Assembly: GCA_040954595.2 (NCBI GenBank)
Contig: CM082595.2
Span: forward strand, 3,457,943 to 3,521,942
Length of the DNA stretch: 64,000 nt
Direction of reading: 5' to 3'
DNA from: Balanoglossus misakiensis
Lineage: Eukaryota; Animalia; Hemichordata
The notes beneath the pieces were generated by a model, which did not search any database, had not been told where the DNA came from, and was given only the letters and a program-made list of their open reading frames with translations. Within the stretch, counting starts at the first letter, position 1. Every line of letters starts with the position of its first letter. This document shows positions 1 through 14,700 of the stretch, one piece after another. Position numbers and translations under genes: made by a program.

Positions 1-343
1 TCCGTGTCGATTGAGCATTAAGGATGCCGCATGTAATTAATATCTAACCGAGGGCAGGCAACTCCGTGTTGGTTGTCGTCTGCAGCTGTCTGGTGTCATT
101 TATGACCCAGGTACAACTCCATCTCGCTATAACAGAGATAGACAACACTTCAAGTGATCCTTGCATTGTTTGAGAGATTCGCATTCTTGAAACCAAATCT
201 TACCATTAATTCGTGGAGATACATTATCACATTTATATGAGGACATTGAATGGAGCTATAAAGATATGTGAGAGAAAAAAGGATGCCGTTTCGTACAATA
301 TATAACAACGGGAATATTGTAGGGTGACACTGTATGTCGAATG

Positions 344-365
344 CAACAACAACAACAACAACAAC
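344..365. repeat. (CAA)n microsatellite
   Basis: About 7 tandem CAA units; explains the poly-V in ORF 150..416. Confidence 0.9.
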
Positions 366-1737
366 CGCGACAACAACATAATATAGGTCTACTCTATCGG
401 TGTATTTTATTTGCATATTATGCGAATCGTGAGATAATATTCAGACAGTATGAGACCTATACAGCACGTCCCAAGGCCACGAAACACGTGACCAGATAAC
501 TTCATCTGTTGACCTTTGCAAGATAAAGCATTTCTAACATACCGTATATGTTAAGAAATATTGATCCCATACCAATGTGGGATGAAAATCAAATGCATCT
601 CGCTGTGGTAAGCGAAAAGACACGCGTGATGTTGTATTTATGTGATCTGGTAATTGTGGTCTATCAAGTTGATTCCTGTAGATTTCAGTTTTGGATGAAA
701 TGGAGTGAATCATTTTGCAAATGTTCAATCTGGTTAATCGTTAACTTTCGTTCCGCTGGTGGATGGAGTGAAGTAGCACAGATTGAGTGTCCATGACGAT
801 AAGGTTTTTACCTTCTGAAGGCAGAGGAGTTCATAGTTATGCGCAGAGACACTCGATTAATGCAGCGCACGAATCTTCCGGTTGCCCCGGGATACAGTCC
901 TGCCACTGACTGTAAAGAGACCCTTCTCTGTGCAGAGTGCAGGTGCAGAGAGTCGTGTGTTTTAAAACTAAACACTCTATTCTGTGTAAATATGTAAAAA
1001 TAAAGATTTATGTTCTAAAACGCATTGCTTTACATGAGTTACACAATTATATAGTATGTACAAAGCGTAATGTGTCGAAATTGAAAATGTGTGATTTCGG
1101 GTTGTCAAGGGTGCAATATGCACTAAATAATCGTTCTAAAGGTAGACATCTTATAGTCCTCCGTGAGACGTTAACTTAGACCATATATAGTAAGGATATG
1201 TTTGCGTGCAGAACACCCAATTATCATACGTGTATCATACGTGAACGGGATCCCTGCTCATACGTTGGTTAAGCTCTGAAATTAAGTGATATACATGCTT
1301 TTTAGTTGTAATATATTAAAATTGCAATAAACGGTTAATTTCATTGGCTTCAATATAAGCACAGTAATAATAGTTACAATATTTGCACCGAACCATCTAC
1401 GTGAATCGACAACACATAACTTTATTTGGGAATAGCATATATGATTTAACTGAAATGGCGTAACACAAGTATGCTATAGGTGCCGACAATAAATCGACAT
1501 CGAGACATTGCTGTGATATTTGTTCAGACATAAATCAACATGGAAATACGTGAGGAATATTAGCAATCCACATGTCAGCATTTGCATTAGTCTTCCACGA
1601 CCCTTTCATTTTATGCACGATTTGCTCTGGGCAATATCAAAAGCTGTATTGTTTGTGTACTACATGAACAGATGGCACTGCAGTACGCTATCGTAAAATG
1701 TAGTGACAAAGGTGTTAGAAAGTATGTCATACTAAAT

Positions 1738-1970
1738 TATGTATGTATGTATGTATGTATGTATGTATGTATGTATGTATGTATGTATGTATGTATGTAT
1801 GTATGTATGTATGTATGTATGTATGTATGTATGTATGTATGTATGTATGTATGTATGTATGTATGTATGTATGTATGTATGTATGTATGTATGTATGTAT
1901 GTATGTATCTATGTATCTATGTATCTATGTATGTATCTATGTATCTATGTATGTATCTATGTATCTATGC
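1738..1970. repeat. (TATG)n tetranucleotide microsatellite decaying into TATC/TATG variants
   Basis: About 170 bp of perfect TATG followed by interrupted units; source of the MYVC-repeat ORFs. Confidence 0.98.
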
Positions 1971-4900
1971 ATGTGAGGTTCCAGTAATTTACGCAAATAA
2001 TCCAAGACACACAAACTTTGGAACTAATTCTTTTCGCGTTGGTGTGCAGACGAGATTTTCGTGTAGTACCACGACTTTTCACCATACTTCAGTGATTTTA
2101 AACCTTCTGTATTCACAACAACAAAAGAAGAAGTACCAACAGTAAGTTGAAGGCGTACCACAGCAGGGCTATTTTGCATATTGATCAGTTGACCTAGTAC
2201 ATACAATAGAAACGCCGGACAATTTGAATAACCAAGTGCTTTGAATGGGGCCACGCTGGCAGTCTGTTCTGATTCGGTGAAGCATGGTAAAGATTGTTGA
2301 GATAAGACAAGTTGTTAGGGGGGACGACAGCATACAGTGAGAACAGAGTTCTGTATATCACTTATTTAAGTTTAGCCGAAGAAGATTCACTTGCATGACC
2401 ACAAGAAACCGACAATGGTTAAACACGATCACCCATTTCATTTCATTCTTTGTCTACCGGTTGTGAAAATAGTCCCACTGGCTGTTCTGGTAGCAAACAC
2501 ATGCGCTGGCTGACCTGAACGTCTACTCATAAATCAACTGTATTTCATTGCCCAGTATCTATCCTGTATCGCCAGTGCGTGTCACATGTCAAGGCATAAA
2601 ACAAACAGAAACACGATGCCGCTCATGCGTATTATATGTCGTTCTAACTTATGTGCAAATTGTGCGAAATTACCTACGCCTTTCGACGTTCTTATTTCGT
2701 TTCATTTATGTGCCATACCGGCGCCGTGTTTTCAAAAACGGTTTGCACAGACCGAGGTAAAAACGTGCGATGACTGGGCGAACTATTACACGTCATTCAA
2801 CATTTCAAGGTAAAGAGAGACATGCACCCAACGGCGAGGCCATTGCAACCAAGATATGATGTTCAAAGCACCGTCTGCTGTACATAATGTGTGGATTTTG
2901 ACTGTGTACCACGAAACTGTAACCTTCTGTTGCGATTCTCTGGCTATACCTCCGCTAGCTTTTTGTATATATCTCTTGTCTGCATAGAAACGAAAATATT
3001 CTCCTATCAACTTTCTTCTGCCGGAAATTAAAGTAAAGTAAAGCCTTGAACATATCAGAAAATACACGGTTGACCCTTGACCTTGCCTTGTAACACCGAT
3101 TAATGATTTGTCGACAGTTGAACATTTCTTTCTCGACTGTGTAAACATGTAACTAGGACACAAAACCTGGTATGTTTCTCCCCTAAACACTGATGCAAAG
3201 GGTTCCAGTTTAATGTTTATAGCATGTTTATGGCATGAATGATTCAGGACCCATCTCAAGCGTGGGCCCATCTATAATTGCTGTAGTGACGTACAAGCTT
3301 GGGTGTGCCGGCCGAAGGTAGTGCAATGTAAATACATGGCATTTTATGATTCGCCTACGCCAGCGTTTATTTTGTACGCTCTCCTGCTAAAGGTCACCGT
3401 CTTTTGTTGCAACCATCTACACAATTCATATCATATGAAGATTACGCTAATCAAAGTTTGTGACTTTGTTTACAGCTGATGAACATTGTGTATGCTACCA
3501 GAAAAATGCATATTCTATTCTACATAAATTATAAAGGAAGCGATGAATAATATGAGCTTTTATTTATGATAAACGAAATATAATATTTCGAGATGAATAT
3601 GCTGAAATGGATATTTTGAAAGAATCCACGTGTTAAATTCGAGAAGATTCATCGCGAAACTCAGTGTTATAGATTGGTTTTAACATAAACAGGATCTTAC
3701 AGGATCTAGACATTTGAGGAACATGGATAATGTCTGGTGGTATATGTGCGCCATCTCCCCTTTCTTACAATCACATATTAACATATGGCTTGAAATATCC
3801 AATGAGATATTTCGTTAATAATATGAAGGCCCTTAATTAGTAGTAGCACATTCTGAAAGCAATCAATCAAGTTAGTATGGAAATCAATTACTATACAGGA
3901 TGGCTCGCTGCCTCATGATTGCTATCGATGTTGTATAATTGCGTATTCAATACACGCAATATGTGTCCACTTATTTATAAGTTGCATTTTACTGGGTTAT
4001 TACGTGTGGGTCAAGGCCCTTTCGGCTGAAATACAAAATCCCCATTTCAAAATTCTGATCGATATTTTGATACTCGACATAGAAATAAAATCTATCTATT
4101 TTAACTCTATAATCTATAAGATATAATCTCATTTGACATAGTGGCTTTGGTCATGGGTAAAAGATGAAAGAGGAACTGTATTCTGCATTATTCGCTGTTG
4201 GGCACAATATATATTTTACAACGCTAAGTGCCAACATTTATCTAAAAGTATTCATGGCTGCAGGACACTACAACATACTTTCGATTTAATGTGTTTCACA
4301 ACGCACCAGGATTGTGTGCACAACGTGCCGTCGATATAATCAGACACATAATCATGATATAAAATAAATAAGTCGACTATATTTGCCTCAAAGCAAAGAA
4401 GCAAGAAGGTAAAATTGCTTTATACAGTCAATGTTTTTGTTCTGTGTTTTGATGTAAATATTATATAGTTTAGGTATATACTCATTATTATGATAGAATT
4501 TCCGTTTGACTTCTTTCTGAGTGCTTGTGGGAAGTGTTTTATCGTGATCGATGCAGACTACATCATTATAATGTTTCCTGAGAGGACGATTACAATATAT
4601 GGATCCTTTTCCTGATAACATGTAAACGAAACCTATAGTTTCCTTTTAGCAGATGGTTCGAAGAAAGAGGTTGGCTTCACCCATATCTAAGATCGACTCG
4701 ACTCTGGAACAATTATCCGGAAACTTCCGTAAGGAGAGTAATTGAGCTTCATGATAAGGGTAATTGAAGAGATTAAGCCATATAATTTAAGTTTGTTGAT
4801 TGACAATGATGACGTGAGCGAAAAACGTAATATTGTCTTCTGTCATTTACTAGTAAACTAAAGATAATTGCTAATGTCCATATATTTCAACGCATGTGGT

Positions 4901-7900
4901 AATGGACTCTTATGGCTATAATTAGTGATAGGGAAAGAGTACTTATCAATGCCAATGATCGACACGATAACAATGTGGGATGGCTTGTTAACATCTATAC
5001 AAGACATAACGTTATACAAATTTCGCAACTTGCAAATTGTTTTTTTACTACTTGAAACACGAAATTCCCCTTTGACCCCAATCCCTATAAAAACGTTATG
5101 GTTTTGCATTAAAACGCAGAGTGTAGTCTTCGATATACTGAAACCATGTTTGCATATCTTGATTACATGACTGTATGCCATGGTCACGGTAATTTCCCAA
5201 TTTGTTGAACATATGTGTTTCCTATTAGATTTGTACACGCTCCATCTATCATTTGACACGTCATAACTGCAACAGGGTGCCTCAATTTATGCCTCATTGC
5301 TCCATGCGGCGCGATAGGATATTACATTAGGGTCAGCTATGTGTATACATCCGACTACACAATCGCCAATATATGAATAAGCTCGTGCCGATCATATAGT
5401 TTGGAAGTCAGCCATTGCAGTTCGGCTCCATCTTTTCGTCGTATGCGCATGCTCAGAAATACGCCATTTCCGAACTCCACACGAGTTGCTAACGCGTTCT
5501 TTATGTACATCGTCTGAATATCCGTCTATGAGGTTTGATAATGATAGAATTATGCATGATTTATATTCTGTGAATTCACAAAGCTGAAAATTGATAACGT
5601 GTGTTATCAAGTATGGATGCTGTGTAGTCTGCCGGATGTGGCCGAGACTATTAATCATTTGCCCCGGATGTGACGTTTTCAACATACTCCTATGGAGGCC
5701 AATGTACAGGTGGAGGGGGGGGGGGGGGATAACATCAATTAACGTACTCAGTCATGCGCAGATGTCGTTATTTGGACAGTCAAAGTTTGTTGAGTTGACA
5801 GGGGAGCTCAGTGTGTGACTGGGTTTCACGCTGTTGAGATCATTAGAAAACTGTTTGTGAGTTGCACTATTTAGGACACAAAGAAGCGTGGCAAAATGAC
5901 ATTCCCGGAAAATGATAATTAAAGGCAGGAAGTTGCCGTTCATCTCCTGTTAACACAATTTCTATGAAGTCAGATACCAGGCGTTTCGCATGCCCTCTCC
6001 ATTGTTGATATATTGGCAACTCTAATATAAATTTCTGGAATTTTGAATGAAGTGTCCATACGGTTTTACATATAGTCCGGAAGTGCAGTCAATACAACAG
6101 GAAGTCGGAGTGGAGGCCTACAGCGATATCACTTATAATTTATAATATCGCTGACCTACCCATTTTTATCTCGTGTGATTAATTCATGGACAGGTGGTAC
6201 CGAGTATATCCATCTTTTGTGAAAAGGTAATTTCAAAGACAAGTTAAACCATCTTTCTATATATCTTCCACTCGAAGTCTACACTACACTACTCGTGATC
6301 AAGAACAGTTCACCAACCACGCCCGATAAAATTGTCTGGCACGGCCACCGTAATGCATTGTGGGATAACCTTAGAAAGGTCCGCCATTTTAATTTATTTC
6401 GTATAGTGACGACCTGCAAGCCTCTTTCATTCAGTGTAGGCCTGTGTGGGTTTATTCTAACAGGACTATCAATTGCGAAGGAGCTATTACTTGCTCAATC
6501 ATTATTTCATGCTTGTTCATCTTCAACGATAAACGGTTACTACTAGGGATACATAATCTTAGTAACATAATTTACAGTACCATATTATTCTAAGTCTAAT
6601 ATCATTAAATATGACTGAAACCTTACCAAATGTTTTCCAATTATAGAGGTAATCTAAATTTTAGGCAGTTACTTGACTGGTTATTTAAGATTCCGTGACT
6701 CAAATATCGTTTCATAATCATTTTAGTGGGTTCGACGTATTTAGCTTACCTGTTTCGATTTGCATAAGGACATATTTGAAAATGCTGTGTATGTTATTAT
6801 CACAGAGCCAGGCTTTTTTATAAACTGTTATACACTGTTATAGTGTTATCTCGGTTGGTTGCTAAATCAATCAATCAATGGAGCCCCCCATTTGATTTTC
6901 TAGAAAATAAACAATTTCTAATATTCTTTTTAGAGCTAAAGAGTCCGGTAACGATTCTGACCTTGATTTTTATATTTATGTATTGATCAATTGGTTTTGT
7001 GCAACGTACCGAAAAAGTCGTTCGTGCGACAGTATAATATGATTCGCTGGCGACCTCTTTTAATGAATTAATGAATAAACATTAACTGAATACCCAGCGC
7101 CCCAAATACAATGATCCATTAATTATGAGTGAACAAACGGAACATGCGCAGACCTGTCATTAATGAATGGATCCATTTTATACAATCAGCACGAGCCCTG
7201 GGTACCTGTATATATAAATGCATCACTACTGTACTGAGACTCCTGCATAAGACCATCACGGTACGACCAACAGGCAATGGATGGATGAAATAAGGTCATC
7301 GTACTTAACAGTGAATACACATGCGTACCAGGTATGCAGCCGCGGTCAAGTTGGGAAACCATAAGAAGATGAATACAAGTCTCGTCAATCATTGCTTGGA
7401 CGTTGTATGTCAATAAATTCCATTGGTTAATAATGACATCGAAATATTTCAGAGAATGGACACTGATTGCATTGAACATCACATTAAAAAATGAACTAAT
7501 GTTACGGTAATTTTCTCGTATGTATGACCTGGGCTATACGTTGGGATACTACCAGAAGTCCCGGTTTACTAGAATTCAAACAACAAGATTGTTTAGATTT
7601 GAAACATTGTTATGTGTTGATGGAGTATTTGTAAGATCAAAAACAGCTAACATGGAAAAGTATATGTACTGGATGTAGTATCATCCACGTACGTGCCTTT
7701 TTTTATTATGCTGATCGTGCCTACTACAGTGACTTACATAGTTCTGCGTCTGCTATGTCTTAATATGGCTGACATTTTATAAAATTATTCAAAGAGCGTC
7801 TTAAGAATTTGTTTGATCTATGCACATAATGTGTATACAGTGTGACGTCTCTATTTATCATCAATCTGACGCCAATGACAACGCGGGTCTATTATTTGCG

Positions 7901-9330
7901 CTTTAGAAAACGTTCTATACATATTCTTCTGAAGGGGATAATTTGCAGAGAAAAAACCCTCATGAAATCGTGCGTTCACTGTGTCTCATTTCCAATTGCA
8001 ATTGGCATTTAGTTCGCGGAAGGGCTTGTAACACGATACAGCGTTTGAAACATTTTTACATGGGTTGTACTATACGTCTATACGGAGAAATCCTTCATGT
8101 CGTTGCATAAGCCCGTGAGAATCAATACGTCACACCCTCAACATATCGCATTACATTAACCAGTGACGTCAGGTTTCGTAACCAGTAACAACGAGGAAAT
8201 TTGATGAGAGCACATCATTTGTGTTTGGGTGTCTAGATCTCGTGTTGGCGCTGTCAAGGACTACATGCTAGAACCCCTGTACGATATATGGGCAGTTTAA
8301 GATGATATTTTGGAGGCAATTCGATAGTTTAATTTCCACTGAGTAGTATTTACCATATAATTGTATTTTTAAATACATTTATGAACACCTGATAATGTGG
8401 TAATCGGGATAATGAAATTAATACATAAATGATGTGAGTAATCATTTGTGTCCAGAAAGGATATAAAAATGTAAAATAATTTATAAACTATCATTTACGG
8501 AGTCCCGGACACAGACGATAAGCCCTGTTTCTTGTAAAGTGGAAATACGTATTTGTTATTACATATTTAATTTAACTATGGCTATGGGGCATTTAATTGG
8601 ACGTAACGCATTGTCAATGAGGCAAGGCTCGTAACAGAATTACGTAAGTACATTTTATGGCTAGTTGGAACATACCACGTAATATACATACAACCCACTG
8701 ACGGTATTAAATTATTACAGAGATCCAGAGAAAACACAACGAATTATTAGCGTGTTAGTTGCCAGACGTTATACTATTATTAACCACTCTCTTTTTGTAT
8801 CCAATGCTGATGTCAATATTTAATCTCGTTCTATACAGCCGGCGCCATGTGGAGTGGGCATTGCAATAATAAGCTTACAAATGGCCTGAAAACATGCGTT
8901 GAACCGACGAATTACCCTACAGCGTTTAAGGTGATTATTCCCTGTGGCTTAAGTCGGTGAACGGTATATACACCCTAAAAATAATCAACAACGCGACATA
9001 CTTTCATACGAAATTCCTTGATCATATTTTGGTGTGCCACCAACTCCCATGATTCAAGTAGCTAATAATAACGTGACTAAACGAAATCGTCGCCAAACGA
9101 TACGCCAAATGACGCCAAAATACATTTTTTTACAGACAGAATGTTTAAACTCCAGTATCGTTCATGGTGGCCGATAGTGTCCCCGTCAACATCTCTGCAT
9201 CCAAGATGCCCAGTCTGTGAAAAATAAAACCCTTCTAGCAATATACTACCTGCTACGTTAATATTCACAGTCGTGGCAGAATCTGATTGGTTCAGTTGGA
9301 GAAGTCAATCGGTTATGTTAATTGTGTGAT

Positions 9331-9350
9331 AGAGAGAGAGAGAGAGAGAG
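9331..9350. repeat. (AG)10 microsatellite
   Basis: agagagagagagagagagag. Confidence 0.9.
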
Positions 9351-11610
9351 CAAATTTTGCAAAAAAATAAGGTAAACGTGCCTCTGCATATACTGAAGAA
9401 TGACTGCCAGACTTGGATGTCGAACAGCTGTATCAATTCATAGAGTCGTTGAGAAACGGTGCCACGTAACATAACAGTTGCCAATCCAGATAGCATTTCT
9501 GATCACCAGACGTTGAAATACGTGTGTGCAATGTCTTAATGATTTATCAAACCCTGGAAACGCTTGCCTCGGAATTCAGAAATTGCCACAAATGTTTCAC
9601 AGGCACGTCCACAGTTATTCTAAAAAGAACACACAGTACACATTAACGTTCCAGTCGGGAACTTTCCAGGCATACCCACTGCTTACATAAAACGAAAGGA
9701 TTATCAGCGTGGAGGGTGGCTCTTGACCTGAGACAATTCTGTGATTACAATCATCTGTGCAACATGCATCACTCTAAAATTTAAATTAAGACACTCAGGT
9801 CACGTGGAAACAGGAATATTGAACGTCAATCGAATATAATTTGCTGGACGTTCTCAGTTGTGGTTCATTGTAATGGTGCCAAGTGTATTAATATCTCCAC
9901 TTTTCCACACTGCACTATAAGACACAATTTCCTAAAGGGTCAGTGACTACTCGTACCCCTCCATGACTCGATGTAAACGAAAGCTCACTTTATGACGTCA
10001 GAAAGACGTGCATGCATCTATCTTCGACTGCTCGAATGCCTATTTGCGTGCGAACTGCCATGCACGCCACATCTGGACGATTCTTTCATTGCAGCTCATC
10101 GATCTAGTCGCTGAGGGCGTGTAAAAGAACCTGCTCGTATACTCAGCAAAGTAGCGAAGACCGTGGAGTTTGGATTTTGTTAAAGTGAAACTCACTTGGA
10201 ATCCATGTCACTCACACTGTATTAAGTCTGATTGACATCACTAATGCTTTTATTGAGTCATTTGAGGTTTGCCACTTAGGCTGTTGTCAGGCCGATTAAT
10301 TCAGACCCTCCTATAAGTCTACTCTGTCAGACATGTATATGCACCTAAAATATATCTGAGACGACTTTCCACCTGTTACAATGAGACTGTTGTCAAGCCG
10401 AGTGACATGTGCGCTAGTTTAATGGGGTTGTCTATAAGCAGATTGCTGAAGACGCCAATTAACTTATTTTAGCCACATCTTTACTTCGACTATTGCTACT
10501 TGAAGTGACATCTGCTGCTAAGATTATACGGGCAGACTGGTTCAGACTTTAAACATCAAACTCACCACTCATAAAGGTAAGAACAATGTCCTAAATTAAT
10601 ATAGGATTTGAAAATAATAACACACGTGGGATCGTCAAAGGCTTGCCTATGCAAGGAATGGCTAACACGTTGCCAGCTCGCTAGCGTTCTATTTCCTTGC
10701 ACTGGTTTACTCGGGAGAAATCAATTTCTTTCAAAACCAATAAGTTTATATCATCTTGCATAGCAGGATTAGTCTTTTAATCGCGTTTCTATTACTCCGG
10801 GGCATTGCTTGGAACCCTGTCCACATCGCCTGAATTTATGTCATTGTGGATTATCTGCTCTCCCTTCGAGTCAGAAAATGAAACTCAATGAGGTCCCGAT
10901 TCAATTAGAGCAGTTTGCGTGTGAGCTTAGCACCATATATGGAGTCGAGTTCATACAGAAACGTTCTCAAAGGTTATTTGTTGATTTAACAAGCCATCTT
11001 TTGTTAACTCTTCTCTGATGTTTTTTATCTTGTGGATCTTTCTAAGCATGATTATTTTGTTTTAAGGAAGACCAACAAGTTCAATTTAGACGTAAATGAA
11101 ACGATGTGCGTATAAGCTTACATATAGAGGACATGTCATAATATGTGAATTTTAATACTTCCCCTTGGATGTTCAAATCATGTGCGTCAAGAAGTTGTGC
11201 CCCGAGGTGGCGATTCTAAATGTCAACGTATAACCGTTCCTTGGAAAGGTTTTTGCCATCGATTATTTATCATCTGAGGCTAAAATTTCCCTGCGTGACA
11301 TTCTGACCGGATTTCTTTTGCAAATCTGCAGATATTTCGATGAAATCTTCAAGAAAAAAACGTCTCCGAGATACGTCATTGTAGTACATGTATATGCTCA
11401 CTGTGGGTTCTATTAACCTTTCACCTTACACGCAGCTTAGCATTTGCTTCTGGCGTTTCACGAGTCGCAGAACCACAGCCATTTTGCACACACCCGCGTA
11501 AATGCATAATGCCTCTTGTTTTTTAATCTTAAAAAGCAGACCAAGTAAGTCAATATTAGGCCTTGAAATGACTTTTCCTTGCCATAATTTGAGACTTGGT
11601 TGCTGTTGGT

Positions 11611-11661
11611 GACGATGATGATGACGATGACGATGATGATGATGATGATGATGATGATGAC

Positions 11662-11701
<40 letters not shown>

Positions 11702-11727
11702 GCGACGACGACGACGATGATGACGAT

Positions 11728-11762
<35 letters not shown>

Positions 11763-11781
11763 TGATGATGATGATGATGAT
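11611..11781. repeat. (GAT/GAC)n trinucleotide microsatellite
   Basis: About 57 GAT/GAC units; produces the poly-D/S/I/M ORFs. No splice or flanking coding support. Confidence 0.95.
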
Positions 11782-14700
11782 TCCATGAGAATAACGTATC
11801 TGACTATAGCGGATCAAAAAAATATTGCCTATAGCTATGTGGCGCCACCTGGAGACAAACAACGTCACACGCAAGTAAACATTCCTTCACGACTTTCTGG
11901 GATCCTGGAACATTTTCTTGAGGGCGATTTTTTTGTTTTTCCCCCAACGGAATTGATTATTAATCAGACTTCCGCTTTTGCAATCAAACTTTTCCCACGT
12001 TTGCTTCCCACTCGCGAATAATCCCTATCAGCGCGCGCAGCACCGATTACAGTTTCTGTGGCAACCGCTTTATTCAATGGTAGTGATCTAATACCCTTTG
12101 CATGCAATTGACATTAGCTTGTCCCCATTTAGATTGTCTACTCTGGCGGTAATAAGCTGAAGCCCCGGTGAGGGCAATTTTACTTGAGCAGTTTGCTCGG
12201 TAGCATATAGCGCAGTACACACGAAATGGATGGAGCCACACCCCAGCAATCCACATTACAACCTAATCAAACTTTTCATTAAACGTTAAGAAATGAAGAC
12301 TTGCGAAAGTTTTTTTTTTGCTCCGTTAGCACAATCATTGAGTCCTGGTGCGTGGAATACTGTTTAATTGTACGCCTGCAACGTTATCATTATACCTGAG
12401 GCTGAGCTGATACATGTTGCTACATGTATAAGCTTTCATAAGATAGTCCGGTTGATGTTTTCCCTCACATGATGATAATGAAACAAATCTCATGGAAGCT
12501 GTATTATTACCGACACTGTAGGCAAATGAAATAGAGCGTCTCCATTACACACTAATTCCCTATATCCCCGGCGATAGCAATCGGGCATCGAGCGACCTTG
12601 GGGGGATTTTGGCTCTTTCCTCCGTGAAACCTGACATAATCATGCTGTCTGTCTCTCTTCCGATGATCACCATATCAACGTATGCAACCTGCGTTGTCCG
12701 GGTGCATCTCACGTGCAGAGATAGTAGCGTGTCTCGGTCACACCGAGGGCATTGAACCGGCTAAGGCGCTGACTCACAATTAGAACTTCCTGACACCTTT
12801 CATCACCTCCTACTGGTCACTGGTCACGTCCGACCTGTTAGATCTTTTCCTGCATTTTTAATCATCTGTCTGCATGGTTACGTTCTCGACCGATCAAGCT
12901 AACTGCACAATAGTATGTGGGACCGATTCATTCGAACTATATATCATATACGAAAAGAAATCCCTCTGGTTTAAGGTGGGATTTTGACGTAATTTCTTTC
13001 TTTCCGATAAATCTATTTAATTACCAGAAGAATTAAGATTCAACAAGTGAACTATAAAAGAACGGTGAATCTCAGCGAACTTAATACTTTTACGGAGAAC
13101 TTTTAGATTAAAACACTGTCTGTTAACCTTTGTATTAAAGATATAATATTGTGTTTATATTCAATTACACCTAAAATTGCTTCATTTGACATATACAAAA
13201 CCTGGAGGTGGGTTTAATGTGAGCCGATTATACGTTAAAATCTAAAATGGCAAAGATTATACAATTTTTATCCTATACTGAACTTTTGACGCCGCCCTCA
13301 GGGTTGAGGAGTGTAGACGCATCATTTTTAATTTAACTCGCGTGGGTTTATCTTTTTTACATCCGTAATCACTCATTGCGTCTCCTTATATGGTGCGACG
13401 TTCTTTGCTCCTCGATTTGTCCGTTTTCACGCTTATTTAACGCCAGTTCCATGCATGACACGTCAGTGAGCACTTTTTGACTTATATAAAATACTTAATG
13501 AGCGTAAGTTTGAAAGACTGGTTTGTTTATTTCCGGGTGCTATGTGAACAGTTTTCCTATTTCAGGGCACGACTTGCGGTATTGTAAGTTTAAACAGTAA
13601 TCTTATAAAGCTACTCGACATGGTATTCAGTCCATTTATTCTCTCTATAACTCAAACAGAAAAAAACACAACCCTTTAATCCTTGACTTACACACATATC
13701 TGTTTACATTTCTCGACATTCAGATACATTCACCAATTACAAAAAGCTGCCGACGGTAATCTAATGAACATTTGCCATTTGTCTTGGATACGTGCTGACG
13801 TCATGAATATATGGGTCACCATGGGACACGAAAACTCCGAGTGAATTAGAAAATTCTTTGGAAAATTGTCTCTGGTCGGTTTTCAGAATTATTGAAAGCC
13901 TCAAGGATGCTGGAATACAGCCAATTGCATTTAGTGTCAGGTATTATAGGCATTACTCAAGGCAATTCTACATACACTATCCGAGATGTAATCTCAGACG
14001 TTTTGAATACATAACAAGGACCTTTCGTTCCCCCAAGGAGGGCGCCAAATTAACACAACATATTCATCACACGCACAGGGGAGAAACATGGCAAAAATCG
14101 GCCATCTTGAAATTGTGTCGACCATATTAGATTTTCATCACTCACCTAGGTAGCATAAACCTATTTAAGGTAGCGAGAATGAAGGGTGATTCACCATCTA
14201 CCTGGTTATTGTTGGGGGGGGGGGGGGGCAGCAACATTTTGATTTTATCAGGATATTGATTTGACGCCACGGAATTAATGACGTGCACCAACAATTTTGA
14301 CACGACACGACACGATGGAATAATGTTTGGTTTTGTGTGATTGTATTTTCATCCGACAAAAGTCGGTCCTGATATTGGGATTTGCAGATAATGGGGCAGT
14401 GTGACACTGGAGTTTCATTAAAACATAGCCGGAGGGAATACGCATTTGTTTTTATCCTTTAACGTTCGAAACATCACGACTCGTCCTATATCTGATCGGA
14501 AAAGCCCTTTTATGTGCATTTATCCAAATCCTATAGGAACAATGCAAGTTTATTTCTTATAATGATTTATGCTACATCTGACTTCTTTACATATTATGAC
14601 TGTGTCACTCTCCTCCAATCGACCTGCAAATACTACATCAATTGCGCATATAACTAAAGATCTTGCTACATCAATCGAAGGATAACGCTCAATATTTCTC

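Noticed and set aside
1672-2145. MYVC-repeat ORFs
   Set aside because: Translation of the (TATG)n microsatellite.
11458-12021. Poly-Asp/Ser/Ile/Met ORFs (e.g. an aspartate-rich biomineralisation protein)
   Set aside because: Stop-free trinucleotide microsatellite; no signal peptide, ATG context or splice support.
13566-13583. 18-nt plus-strand microexon-like signal (ttcag|...|gtaagt)
   Set aside because: Weak exonic donor context and no coding upstream exon to connect to.
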